NCBI GenBank assembly: GCA_027082875.1
Contig: JALWTK010000046.1
Span: forward strand, 4,677 to 68,676
Direction: 5' to 3'
Source of the DNA: Sulfurimonas sp.
Lineage (GTDB): Bacteria > Campylobacterota > Campylobacteria > Campylobacterales > Sulfurimonadaceae
Length of the DNA stretch: 64,000 bases
Both the position numbers and the translations under genes were made by a program. Each line of letters opens with the position of its first letter. Position 1 is the first letter of the stretch. Below the pieces are notes generated by a model. It was not told where the DNA came from, searched no databases, and saw only the letters and a list, made by a program, of their open reading frames with translations. Shown in pieces: positions 55,136 through 64,000 of the stretch.

Positions 55136-56254
55136 ATGTTGTCATTAGGTTTTTTAGGATTGTCGGAGTATGCTTCTTGGCATATCACTGTATTTTGTAT
55201 TAATCTTGTTTTATTTGTTTTTTCCCGTAAAATTGTTAATTTCCTTAATTCGGGGCAAGAAAATAGTAGTCAGCTTTCACTATTTCGCACCTTAAATGTA
55301 ACATTTTTTCTTTTTCATGGACTTGATTGGGCAATGCTCTATTTTGACAAGAACTATGAAAACTATTTTTTGAAAATGGGTCTGAGTATCGTGCTTATTT
55401 ACAGTGGGATTATCGCATACTCTCTTGCTACTCTCTATACAAAAGCAAAATTTGGGGTAAAAAAAGAGGTTGATGGAAAAATAATTTACTATGATTCTTA
55501 TAGTTCAAGAATGGTAAACATACTCTTTTTAATTGTTGTTAGTATTATGGTTTTGATGTATGTTATTAAGATATGGGGTTTTACATCCTTACTTGAGACT
55601 ACAGGACTTTTTGGTCTTAGTGTTGCTTTTTTAGCATTGACAAACTCTATTTGGGCACCAGATCTTTACTATGGTATGGTCATTCTTAACTCTAATATGC
55701 TTGAAGATGGTGATGTTATCTCTTTTTCAGGAGAGGAGGGTGAGCACCCCTATATTATCTCTAAAGTAACATTTATATATACCATACTTCTTGATGTGAC
55801 AAATAATCATCGTATCATGATAAGAAATGCCAAAATGGTTGATATGACAATAAATAACCTTAGTAAAAAAGCATCCCTAGAAGGTCTTAGACATCACCAT
55901 ACATTTAAAATAGGCTATCCAAAACAGCAAGAAAATGGAGAAGAACAGTATCTTAAGTTTAAAGAAAGAGTGGAAAAAATGTTTACTTATGTGGGAGAAG
56001 AAGCGATAAAAGCTAAAGATGTTTTAGTAAATGACAATGTACCTTTTACTTGGTATATTACAGAAACTGGTGATTATGCAGTTGAATATACCTTAACTTA
56101 CCACATGGAGTCTCTTCCTGAGACTCGTTCAACGAAGAGAATACGAGAGTATCTTTTAGCCACACCAAGATATATAAATGAAATCGTATTAAGAGCTTCG
56201 TATAAGTACAATATAGATCTCTCAACACCAATCATATATAATACTAAGAGTTAG
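55136..56254 (+). CDS. MscS-family small-conductance mechanosensitive channel
   Basis: Multi-TM N-terminus; LLETTGLFG..., EDGDVI, IMIRN. Confidence 0.75.
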   Translation: MLSLGFLGLSEYASWHITVFCINLVLFVFSRKIVNFLNSGQENSSQLSLFRTLNVTFFLFHGLDWAMLYFDKNYENYFLKMGLSIVLIYSGIIAYSLATLYTKAKFGVKKEVDGKIIYYDSYSSRMVNILFLIVVSIMVLMYVIKIWGFTSLLETTGLFGLSVAFLALTNSIWAPDLYYGMVILNSNMLEDGDVISFSGEEGEHPYIISKVTFIYTILLDVTNNHRIMIRNAKMVDMTINNLSKKASLEGLRHHHTFKIGYPKQQENGEEQYLKFKERVEKMFTYVGEEAIKAKDVLVNDNVPFTWYITETGDYAVEYTLTYHMESLPETRSTKRIREYLLATPRYINEIVLRASYKYNIDLSTPIIYNTKS

Positions 56255-56265
56255 TACTTAACTCT
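56247..56265. terminator. Hairpin at convergent stop codons
   Basis: AGAGTTA-GTACT-TAACTCT 7-bp IR spanning the mscS stop and the SNF2-remnant stop. Confidence 0.35.
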
Positions 56266-56398
56266 CTAGTAATTCTAGCAACTCATTTCCACTAAATTTT
56301 AAGTCCTCTTGCTGTTTGTTATCATCATAGATACCATCTTGAAGAGATTTCTTTTTCTCTTGGAGCTCTAAAATCTTCTGCTCTATACTATTTTCTAC
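56258..56398 (-). pseudogene. 3' remnant of a SNF2-family helicase gene
   Basis: Start-less frame reads VENSIEQKILELQEKKKSLQDGIYDDNKQQEDLKFSGNELLELLES*, like the post-HELICc tail of bacterial SNF2 proteins. Confidence 0.65.
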
Positions 56399-56418
56399 TT
56401 TGTGCTTATTGTCATAAG

Positions 56419-57126
56419 CTATTTTATCTGAAAGGATTTATCCTCAATAACTTCAACTATCTCAGCATCCTTATCATCTTCATGAGTGGCACTATTGGAT
56501 TCTAGTTGTTGCTGATAGCTCTGGCTTGATTGTCCGCTAAAAGCACCAATGAGTTGGTTTTCTTGCTCTTTATCAAGTTTTCCAGAACTGATGGCATCAA
56601 GCATCTTCTCAGCTATTTTCACACGTGCTTCACTCTCTTTATGGTGGAAGTACTTCTCTAAGTTGTCATTATAGGCACGAAGCTTATCTTCTCTACGTTT
56701 TTTAAAGTAGTAAAAGAGAAAATAACTAGCAAGTATAACAAACATAGCAAATATAAGCATAAGGTAACGCTTGAGTTCCATATTGTTTACTTGATCTCTC
56801 TGCTGCATTTTCTGTGAAAAAATGGCTTCTTCTTTCTCTTTTTGTGCTTGAATTTTTTGCTTTTGGAGTTCTGCTTGAAACTGGATTTTTGCAAGTTCTT
56901 TCTCTTTTTCAATAGTAGCTAACTCTTTTTTAGACTCTAGTAGAGCGAGTTCTCTTTGAGTCTGCTCAGAGATTTTTTTGAGTTGTATCTCTTTCTCATC
57001 AGCTACTTTTTTTTGAAAAAGTTCTTTTTCATGTGCAATTTTTTGCTCTTTTTGGGCTTGTGAGTCAAAAAGATCACAGCCTGTAAAAAGCAGAGTAGTG
57101 AGTGTAATCAGTAGAAGTAAACGCAT
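56419..57126 (-). CDS. Hypothetical coiled-coil lipoprotein with internal TM helix
   Basis: MRLLLLITLTTLLFTGC lipobox; Glu/Lys/Gln coiled coil; start 57126. Confidence 0.75.
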   Translation of the reverse strand: MRLLLLITLTTLLFTGCDLFDSQAQKEQKIAHEKELFQKKVADEKEIQLKKISEQTQRELALLESKKELATIEKEKELAKIQFQAELQKQKIQAQKEKEEAIFSQKMQQRDQVNNMELKRYLMLIFAMFVILASYFLFYYFKKRREDKLRAYNDNLEKYFHHKESEARVKIAEKMLDAISSGKLDKEQENQLIGAFSGQSSQSYQQQLESNSATHEDDKDAEIVEVIEDKSFQIK

Positions 57127-57137
57127 TAACGAAGCTC

Positions 57138-57515
57138 TTACTTTATCCACTGTTTTGCTTCATCGAGATCATAAAAAAACTTCACTTCTCCATGCATAAA
57201 CCAGTCACCCATTTTTGCTACATACTCTTGCCAAGTTTTTGTACCAACAATGGCGATTTTAAGAAAAATATCCTTATATTCCATACCAAATTTGAAGTCA
57301 TCCCAAGCTGCCTCTGCTTCCCAACCCTCAAATTCAGTAGCATCAAGGAGCATATTTACTTTGGCATTTGGCATAGCTGTGATAGCTTGTGTAAGCATAG
57401 GTACCAAGACTTCATAGTCCCCATGAGTGAGCTTACCTACTGCTTTTAGTGTGACATTTAAAACATCACCATTTGGTACTATATCTATTGCTATATTTTG
57501 TGTGAGTTGCATCAT
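57138..57515 (-). CDS. SpoIIAA-like (STAS/SEC14) protein
   Basis: GKLTHGDYE..VP.L, F.GWE.EAAWDD.KFG, KIAIVG...W, VKFF...EAKQWI. Confidence 0.88.
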   Translation of the reverse strand: MMQLTQNIAIDIVPNGDVLNVTLKAVGKLTHGDYEVLVPMLTQAITAMPNAKVNMLLDATEFEGWEAEAAWDDFKFGMEYKDIFLKIAIVGTKTWQEYVAKMGDWFMHGEVKFFYDLDEAKQWIK

Positions 57516-57560
57516 AAATCCTTTTTATTTATGCTTATAATAGCAAAATAAAAACAACTC

Positions 57561-57962
57561 TTATTTAACATGATAATAATCTTTTTGAGCGATTATCTTG
57601 CCATTCTTGAATGATGTCGTACTAATACCCTTGATTTCAAACTTTTTACCATCAGCAGTTCCACCATAAACCCACTCATAGATGATAGTGTTATTACTTA
57701 CAAAAATATCTCCTGACTTTACCCAGTACATATCTGGAATACTCTCTAAAAAGGCTTCTGTAATGGCTTTTGAAACTGTAGATTTTCCTCTAAGAGTAGT
57801 GTCATAAGTGAGATCATACCATATAACATCATCTGCATAATATGTTTCAATTTTCTGCTTATCATGTGCATTCCATGCAGCCATATAGCTCTCAAGAGTC
57901 GTATTGATATTTTGTGCATAGAGACTTATAGCCATAGTGGCTAAACTGATTAACTTTTTCAT
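57561..57962 (-). CDS. Exported SnoaL-like / NTF2-family protein
   Basis: Signal peptide; YMAAWNAHD...YYADDV.W.D; GKIIAQKDYY. Confidence 0.8.
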   Translation of the reverse strand: MKKLISLATMAISLYAQNINTTLESYMAAWNAHDKQKIETYYADDVIWYDLTYDTTLRGKSTVSKAITEAFLESIPDMYWVKSGDIFVSNNTIIYEWVYGGTADGKKFEIKGISTTSFKNGKIIAQKDYYHVK

Positions 57963-58043
57963 AAAAACTCCTTGTAGTTAGGAGTGTATTGTAGGATGTA
58001 TAGAAAAGAAATTCTACTTATAAAAAGTCATAAAGAGTGATTT

Positions 58044-58907
58044 TTATCCAGAAGTACGAAGCTGATGCTGCTTTGGTGTAAGTTTATGAACACTTTTGTA
58101 AGCCTTTATAAAGTTAGAGAGGTTAGCATAGTTAAACTCTTGAGCAATCTCTGAGATACTGTGACCCTCTTGAAGCATCGCAAAGGCAAGCTGCATATTT
58201 CTTTGGAGTATCCACTGTTTTGGAGATTCATGGTACTTTTGCTTAAAGTGTCTGTTGAAAGTTGAGAGGCTTTTTCCCATGAGTGATGCCCACTCTGTCA
58301 CTGTTAAGTTTTTATCATAATGCTTTGTCATATAGGATTTTATATCAGTATCTCTATTTATTAGTTCACTACTTTTTAAAATATCTATAAAGAGAGGATT
58401 CTCTTCGTGGATTAAGGCAAGAAACTCTAGTAGTTTTAACTCGAGTAGAGCAGTATCTGCAATGTTTTTATAGTGAACTCTCTTTAATGTACTCAAGTAA
58501 GTAAAGATGTTATTTGTCACTTGTAGTTGCAGAGGTTCGACATTTTTTGGATTATGAGAAGTTTCATAACAATGAAAGAACTTCTCAGCAATAGTGTGAT
58601 CAAAAAAGAAGAGGTAGACCTCCATAGCTTGATCCTCTTGCACAAAATCAGAGATCATATAGCTATTTCGTGGCATAAAAAGCATCTCCCCCTCTGAGAT
58701 AATAAACTCTTTATACTCTGGTGTGACTATTTTTACAGTTCCTGAAATGACATATACTATAGAGTGAGATACGATGATCTTGTGCATATCTAACATACTA
58801 GAGGGGAGTTTTTTGTAGAGAATGGAGTTATTATTGTGTTGTAAAATGGGAGTGATTCCCTCAAGATCATAGATGGCTTGAGGGAGCGAGTAGAAGTTTT
58901 TAGTCAA
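58044..58907 (-). CDS. AraC-family transcriptional regulator
   Basis: C-terminal double HTH ([18 protein letters not shown]...[20 protein letters not shown]); TTG start overlaps trpB stop. Confidence 0.9.
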   Translation of the reverse strand: MTKNFYSLPQAIYDLEGITPILQHNNNSILYKKLPSSMLDMHKIIVSHSIVYVISGTVKIVTPEYKEFIISEGEMLFMPRNSYMISDFVQEDQAMEVYLFFFDHTIAEKFFHCYETSHNPKNVEPLQLQVTNNIFTYLSTLKRVHYKNIADTALLELKLLEFLALIHEENPLFIDILKSSELINRDTDIKSYMTKHYDKNLTVTEWASLMGKSLSTFNRHFKQKYHESPKQWILQRNMQLAFAMLQEGHSISEIAQEFNYANLSNFIKAYKSVHKLTPKQHQLRTSG

Positions 58908-60099
58908 AGTGAAGCATATCTTTTGCTTGTATCATATCTTTGTCTCCACGACCTGAGAGGTTTACGATGATAAGTTTATCTTTTATATCTGGCAGTTTTT
59001 TGAGATACGCTACAGCATGAGAGGACTCAAACGCAGGGATAATTCCCTCTTTTTGAGAGAGCCAAACAAAGGCATCAAGTGCTTCTTTGTCTGTGATGTT
59101 TCCATAGCTTACACTCTTGTTCTCTTTATGAAAAGCATGCTCAGGTCCAATACCTGGGTAGTCTAGTCCTGCAGAGATAGAGTGCGCTTCTAGTATCTGT
59201 CCATCTTCATCTTGAAGGAGGTAGGACATCTGACCATGAAGAACTCCTGGACGACCTTTCTCTAGTGAGCAGCCATGTTTGTCTGTCTCAACACCAAGTC
59301 CACCAGCCTCAACACCGATACACTCAACTTCCTCATCTTCTAAGAAGTGCTGAAACATACCGATGGCGTTAGAGCCTCCACCTATGCAGGCGATCACATG
59401 ATTAGGTAAGCGGTTTTCTTTCTCTAAGATCTGAGCACGAGCCTCATACCCTATGATAGCTTGAAAATCACGAACCATCATAGGGTAGGGGTGAGGACCT
59501 GCTACTGTACCGATGATGTAGAAAGTATCTCTTGCATTTGTTACCCAGTGGCGGATGGCGTCATTCATAGCATCTTTGAGTGTGCGGCTTCCAGACTCTA
59601 CGGCATTTACTTTTGCCCCAAGAAGTTTCATACGAAAGACATTGAGCTCTTGGCGTTCTACATCTTTTGCACCCATAAAGATCTCACACTCTAAACCTAG
59701 AAGTGCACAGATAGTAGCAGTAGCTACACCGTGTTGTCCAGCACCAGTCTCAGCGATAATCTTTTTATAACCTAAACGCTGAGCCATAAGACCTTGAGCG
59801 ATTACATTGTTCACTTTATGTGCACCTGTATGGTTTAAGTCTTCGCGTTTGAAGTAAACTTTTGCACCGATTTCTTTAGATATATTATCAGCATAGTAGA
59901 GAGGAGAAGGGCGACCTACATAATCTTTAAGATAGTAGTGTACCTCTTTCCAAAACTCTTCATCAAAACGAATAGATTCGTACTCTTCTTTGAGCTTTAG
60001 GAGTGCTGGCATAAGTGTCTCAGGGACATAACGCCCACCAAAGATTCCGAAGTGTCCATTTTCATCTGGATCAAATTTACTTGCAGTTGGGATATACAT
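58900..60099 (-). CDS. trpB: Tryptophan synthase beta chain
   Basis: [18 protein letters not shown] lysine, [36 protein letters not shown]. Confidence 0.97.
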   Translation of the reverse strand: MYIPTASKFDPDENGHFGIFGGRYVPETLMPALLKLKEEYESIRFDEEFWKEVHYYLKDYVGRPSPLYYADNISKEIGAKVYFKREDLNHTGAHKVNNVIAQGLMAQRLGYKKIIAETGAGQHGVATATICALLGLECEIFMGAKDVERQELNVFRMKLLGAKVNAVESGSRTLKDAMNDAIRHWVTNARDTFYIIGTVAGPHPYPMMVRDFQAIIGYEARAQILEKENRLPNHVIACIGGGSNAIGMFQHFLEDEEVECIGVEAGGLGVETDKHGCSLEKGRPGVLHGQMSYLLQDEDGQILEAHSISAGLDYPGIGPEHAFHKENKSVSYGNITDKEALDAFVWLSQKEGIIPAFESSHAVAYLKKLPDIKDKLIIVNLSGRGDKDMIQAKDMLHFD

Positions 60100-60647
60100 T
60101 AGTCAACCTCTATAAGTGAATATACTTTTGTTTTTTCTTCTAACTTTTTAATACCATCTAAGAATGTGAGTCCTATGATGAAACAGCACTCTACACATTC
60201 TGCTCCTGTTTGCTTGACAAGAGTTGCAGCTGCATTTGCTGTTCCTCCAGTTGCTATGAGGTCATCGATGATGAGAACTCTTGCCCCTTTTTCTTCACCA
60301 AAGGCATCAATGTGAACTTCTATCTCATCTACACCATACTCTAAGGCATACTTTTCACTGATAGTTGTGTAAGGAAGCTTTCCTTTCTTACGGATAGGTA
60401 CGAAGCCTATTTGAAGCATCTGTGCAAGTGCAGCACCAAAGATAAAGCCACGAGCATCAATCCCAGCGATATACTCTAGGTCGTACTCTTTATAACGAGT
60501 GTAGAGGTGGTTCATAAGAACACTATAGGCTTCTTTATTATTAAGTAGTGTAGTGATGTCTTTAAAGACTATTCCCTCTTTTGGAAAGTCCTTTATATCT
60601 CTGATGGAGTCTTCGATTATTTTTTGTTCTGTCTTACTGAGTGTCAT
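60099..60647 (-). CDS. apt: Adenine phosphoribosyltransferase
   Basis: [40 protein letters not shown]. Confidence 0.97.
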   Translation of the reverse strand: MTLSKTEQKIIEDSIRDIKDFPKEGIVFKDITTLLNNKEAYSVLMNHLYTRYKEYDLEYIAGIDARGFIFGAALAQMLQIGFVPIRKKGKLPYTTISEKYALEYGVDEIEVHIDAFGEEKGARVLIIDDLIATGGTANAAATLVKQTGAECVECCFIIGLTFLDGIKKLEEKTKVYSLIEVD

Positions 60648-60658
60648 CTTTTTGCCTT

Positions 60659-60991
60659 TTATAGGAGTGCATCTATTCTTCCCTCAAGGGCTTTTATTTT
60701 GCCGTTGAGTCTATCTGTCTCTTGTCTGTGTTTTGAGTTTCTGCCCTTAAGTACTTTGAGCTCATTACGTAGTTTTGTGAGCTCTTCACTAAGGATATCT
60801 ACATTTCCAAGGGCACGTTGGAGTTGTATCTGGTACTTTCTTATGAGTATCTCTGCTTCATTTAGAGTGAGTTTCATAAGGTCATTGCTTCTCTGCTCTT
60901 TGTTTGTGATGCTTTTAAAGTAAAACATCTTTACAAAGAGATAGATAGAGAGTATAGAGAGTATTGTTAAAAGTGACCATTCCCAAAACAT
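60659..60991 (-). CDS. Conserved Campylobacterota membrane-anchored coiled-coil protein
   Basis: N-terminal TM helix; [10 protein letters not shown]; position between rpiB and apt. Confidence 0.75.
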   Translation of the reverse strand: MFWEWSLLTILSILSIYLFVKMFYFKSITNKEQRSNDLMKLTLNEAEILIRKYQIQLQRALGNVDILSEELTKLRNELKVLKGRNSKHRQETDRLNGKIKALEGRIDALL

Positions 60992-61003
60992 AGTAAAAGT
61001 TCC

Positions 61004-61432
61004 TTAGAGTTCTATTTTTTCAACACGACCGCAGTGGCGACCACCATCAAAATTTCCAGCAATCCATGCATCGAGAATAGATTCAGCTACTCCTTTACCA
61101 ACTATGCGCTCACCAAAACATAAGATATTTGCATCATTATGTCCACGTGCTACTGTAGCAGTGTAAGCATCATGACAAAGAGCAGCACGTATTCCCTCAT
61201 GGCGATTTGCTGCCATACTCATACCTATCCCACTTCCACAGATTAAGATACCTTGAGTACCATTGTTTTCTAAAACAGCAGTAGCCACCTTGTGTGCATA
61301 GTCTGGATAGTCAACACGATCTTTAGAATAAGGACCCATATCTTCAACCTCATGACCTTTAGCACGTAGTAACTCTACTGTATAATCTTTTAACTCTATC
61401 CCTGCATGATCTGTTGCAACAAAAAACTTCAT
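61004..61432 (-). CDS. rpiB: Ribose-5-phosphate isomerase B
   Basis: DHAG, DYPDYA, ICGSGIGMSMAAN, HNDANIL, FDGGRH..RV. Confidence 0.96.
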   Translation of the reverse strand: MKFFVATDHAGIELKDYTVELLRAKGHEVEDMGPYSKDRVDYPDYAHKVATAVLENNGTQGILICGSGIGMSMAANRHEGIRAALCHDAYTATVARGHNDANILCFGERIVGKGVAESILDAWIAGNFDGGRHCGRVEKIEL

Positions 61433-61440
61433 CTTTTCTC

Positions 61441-62118
61441 CTAAGAAAGTAGTAAACCAAGAATGGTCTGAACTGGTAAAAATAGTACATAATCTTTAAT
61501 CGGTGTCATAATTATGATTAAGACGATTATCATTCCGTAGCGTTCATTTTTGTAAAAAAACTCTGCTACAGCATTTACTTTGTATTTTAGCGCAAGATGC
61601 ATTAAAAAATGGGCACCATCAAACTGAGGTACTGGTAAAAGGTTAAATACTCCAAGTACGACATTGATTATAAGTAGTTGATAGACAAATATATATGCAA
61701 AAACATAGACTAATGAATCAGCAGTAGTTGGTTGGCTCATAGCTGTAATAGCAATAGAAGCAAATGCTGCCATTGTAAAGTTATAAACTATACCGGCCAA
61801 ATCTACTTGCATAGCTGCATTGTAGCCACCATTTCGTATGACTGTAGCTGTATTTATAGGTACAGGCTTCGCCCAACCAAATAAAAATCCACTATCTGCT
61901 CCAAAAAGCATAGGCAAAAAGTACATAGTAGCAGGAACGATGATAGTTCCTACTAAATCAATATGGCTAATAGGATTGATAGTTAAACGACCTGCATTTT
62001 TAGCTGTGGTGTCCTTATACATATAAGCCACCCAACCGTGCATTATTTCATGCCCGATAATAGCGATAGCCAGTGCTGCAACGGCAGCGACTACCTTGAG
62101 TATATCAAGTGAGTCCAT
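61441..62118 (-). CDS. Site-2 protease family (M50) metalloprotease
   Basis: HEIMH (HExxH), GRLTINP..HID, FNLLPVPQFDG. Confidence 0.92.
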   Translation of the reverse strand: MDSLDILKVVAAVAALAIAIIGHEIMHGWVAYMYKDTTAKNAGRLTINPISHIDLVGTIIVPATMYFLPMLFGADSGFLFGWAKPVPINTATVIRNGGYNAAMQVDLAGIVYNFTMAAFASIAITAMSQPTTADSLVYVFAYIFVYQLLIINVVLGVFNLLPVPQFDGAHFLMHLALKYKVNAVAEFFYKNERYGMIIVLIIIMTPIKDYVLFLPVQTILGLLLS

Positions 62119-62914
62119 GAGGCTTCTTATCTTCTTCTATTCTCTCTTCTCTTGCTTTGTCAATGTATGGAGACTGCTCTAGATCAGTTGGAGTTTTTCC
62201 CATTCTATCCCATCTTATTTCCCAGTTCTCATCTATGGAGAAGTAGATAAACCAAGGAGTTCCTTCTATGTTGTCATAAGGAACTGGTCCCCAAAAACGG
62301 CTATCGTTAGAGTGGTCACGATTATCACCCATCATAAAGTACATATCTTTTTCTACTTTTACAGGGTTCATGTAGAAGATAGGCATAGGGTTTCTACCAT
62401 CATTCATAACGTGCTCATCATGATGAATACCTGGATGTGCTTTCATATAAGGATTTTTCACCCAGAGTTTGTCTTGATAACTTGCTATCTCAAATTTTGA
62501 ATAGTTTTTCTTAATCCAATCATCACCTTCGTTAAAGTGTACAAAAAGATTTTTATCGGCTACAAAAAGTTCATCACCAGGAAGAGCAACACAGCGTTTT
62601 ACAAAGTGCTGTTTTACATTTCCAGGGTAGCGAAAGATTACGATATCTCCACGCTTAGGAGTATCACCATCAAACAGACGTAACTTATCACTCCACGGCA
62701 TGATAGAAACTTCTAAGAAAGGAATATGTGGCATAGAGATACCATAAGCAAATTTCTTCGCAAAAAGATGATCACCAACAAGAAGAGAGTCTTTCATACT
62801 TCCACTAGGGATTCTAAATGCTTGAGCGATAAAGAAGATAACAAAGAGAACTATTATGATAGTTCCTGTCCAAGAGTTTGACCACTTGTAGGCTTTTTTA
62901 ATCGTGCTTTTCAT
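62105..62914 (-). CDS. lepB: Signal peptidase I
   Basis: IPSGSM, RGDIVIF, FVKRCVALPGD, GDNRDHSNDSRFWG. Confidence 0.96.
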   Translation of the reverse strand: MKSTIKKAYKWSNSWTGTIIIVLFVIFFIAQAFRIPSGSMKDSLLVGDHLFAKKFAYGISMPHIPFLEVSIMPWSDKLRLFDGDTPKRGDIVIFRYPGNVKQHFVKRCVALPGDELFVADKNLFVHFNEGDDWIKKNYSKFEIASYQDKLWVKNPYMKAHPGIHHDEHVMNDGRNPMPIFYMNPVKVEKDMYFMMGDNRDHSNDSRFWGPVPYDNIEGTPWFIYFSIDENWEIRWDRMGKTPTDLEQSPYIDKAREERIEEDKKPHGLT

Positions 62915-63778
62915 TTAACTGTTCTTCTTTTTTGCTGCATTTATTTTAGCAGCTTTAAGTGTGTTACTCAGTAGCATTGCTATTGTCATTGGTCCTACAC
63001 CACCTGGGCTTGGTGTTATATATGAAGACTTTTTACTTACACCGTCAAAGTCAACATCTCCTACTAGTTTGCCTTCTGAAGTTCTACTCACACCAATGTC
63101 GATGATAATAACATCCTCTTTGACCATATCTTCAGTGATAAGGTTGATAACACCAACACCTACTAAAATAACATCAGCATTTTGTGTATGTTTTTTAAGG
63201 TCGTCTGTAAAGATATGACAGACCTCAACAGTTGCATCAGCATTGAGAAGGAGGGCTGCCATAGGTTTTCCTACGATGTTTGAAGCACCAACTACTACAC
63301 AGTTTTTACCCTTTACATCGATGTCATACTCTTCAAGGAGTTTCATAACACCAAGAGGAGTACATGGTACAAATCCATCAAGGTTAGTCACTAAACGCCC
63401 AACATTATAAGGGTGAAAGCCATCTACATCTTTTGCTGGATCTACAAGTTCTAGAAGTTTTGTAGTATCTATCTGCTCAGGAAGAGGAAGTTGGATGAGG
63501 ATACCATCTATACTGTCGTTTTCATTCATACTTATGATAGTACGCTCTATTGCTTCTTGTGAGATTGTCTCAGGCATGTCATGTGTGATAGAGTAAAAAC
63601 CTACACGGTCACAAGCCTTTTTCTTCATATTTACATATGTTGCACTTGCTGGATCTTGCCCAACTAAAACAACTGCCAACCCTGGAGTGCATCCACAACT
63701 CTCTTTGAGTTCTTTGACTTCTTGAGTAATCTCTTCTTCTATCTTTTTTGAAAGCTTTCTACCATCTAGTAACTGCAT
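62915..63778 (-). CDS. folD: Methylenetetrahydrofolate dehydrogenase/cyclohydrolase
   Basis: YVNMKKKAC, GILIQLPLP, KDVDGFHP, PCTPLG, PGGVGPMTIAML. Confidence 0.97.
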   Translation of the reverse strand: MQLLDGRKLSKKIEEEITQEVKELKESCGCTPGLAVVLVGQDPASATYVNMKKKACDRVGFYSITHDMPETISQEAIERTIISMNENDSIDGILIQLPLPEQIDTTKLLELVDPAKDVDGFHPYNVGRLVTNLDGFVPCTPLGVMKLLEEYDIDVKGKNCVVVGASNIVGKPMAALLLNADATVEVCHIFTDDLKKHTQNADVILVGVGVINLITEDMVKEDVIIIDIGVSRTSEGKLVGDVDFDGVSKKSSYITPSPGGVGPMTIAMLLSNTLKAAKINAAKKKNS

Positions 63779-63839
63779 TTAAACCCCATTGGATAATATT
63801 TTTGTTATTATACCTTTTTAAAATAATATTAGGCTAACA

Positions 63840-64000
63840 ATGAAAACACTATTCCTTTTACTCTCTCCCTTATATCTTTTTGCAACAGCTAGCTTCATCA
63901 CACCTATGGAGTATGCCTCACAGCTCTATAAAAATCCTCGTGGAATAGGGTGTAATAAATGTCATGGAGAAAATGGTAAGGGAAAACTTATCGCTAAGTA
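63840..64000 (+). CDS. c-type cytochrome (3'-truncated by window edge)
   Basis: MKTLFLLL...YKNPRGIGCNKCHG: signal peptide plus CxxCH. Confidence 0.8.
   Translation, partial: MKTLFLLLSPLYLFATASFITPMEYASQLYKNPRGIGCNKCHGENGKGKLIAK

Noticed and set aside
1-64000. CRISPR arrays, rRNA/tRNA genes, IS elements, prophage genes
   Set aside because: No regularly spaced repeats, RNA-gene signatures, transposase, integrase or phage structural ORFs were seen; intergenic gaps are almost all under 200 nt.

Overview
64-kb chromosomal window of an AT-rich Campylobacterota bacterium; gene content and order look Sulfurimonas-like (inference, not database-checked). It is densely coding, with about 65 CDS; the first and last are cut by the window edges. 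Conserved housekeeping blocks: glmU / motAB-fliP-trmA; COG3400-aroB-mscS-mtaB-ftsH-like-bioV-mog; an sdhA-sdhB-HdrB-like type E succinate dehydrogenase/fumarate reductase; thiL-truD-psd; and folD-lepB-M50 protease-rpiB-apt-trpB...pepA...ychF. Accessory blocks interrupt these: a 4-gene envelope-modification cassette, a phosphorelay whose sensor is fused to an NCS1-like permease domain, a ~14.5-kb block between pepA and ychF (nucleases, Pif1-like helicase, TonB receptor/YfiR-like/GGDEF-EAL module, yaeQ, metE, a diguanylate cyclase), and a ~4-kb block between trpB and pepA that contains a SNF2-helicase remnant. I saw no rRNA, tRNA, CRISPR array, transposase or integrase. Best candidate for an undescribed system: a 64-codon Cys/His-containing leader ORF ahead of metE, with its own extended -10 and strong RBS. 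It ends in ...GIHPP-LTISL, and its last codons pair perfectly (9 bp) with the metE Shine-Dalgarno region, the layout of a ribosome-stalling translational switch. Other candidates are a long structured hairpin upstream of mog and the permease-fused kinase with a 9-Cys cluster. All product calls come from recognising motifs by eye; no searches were run.
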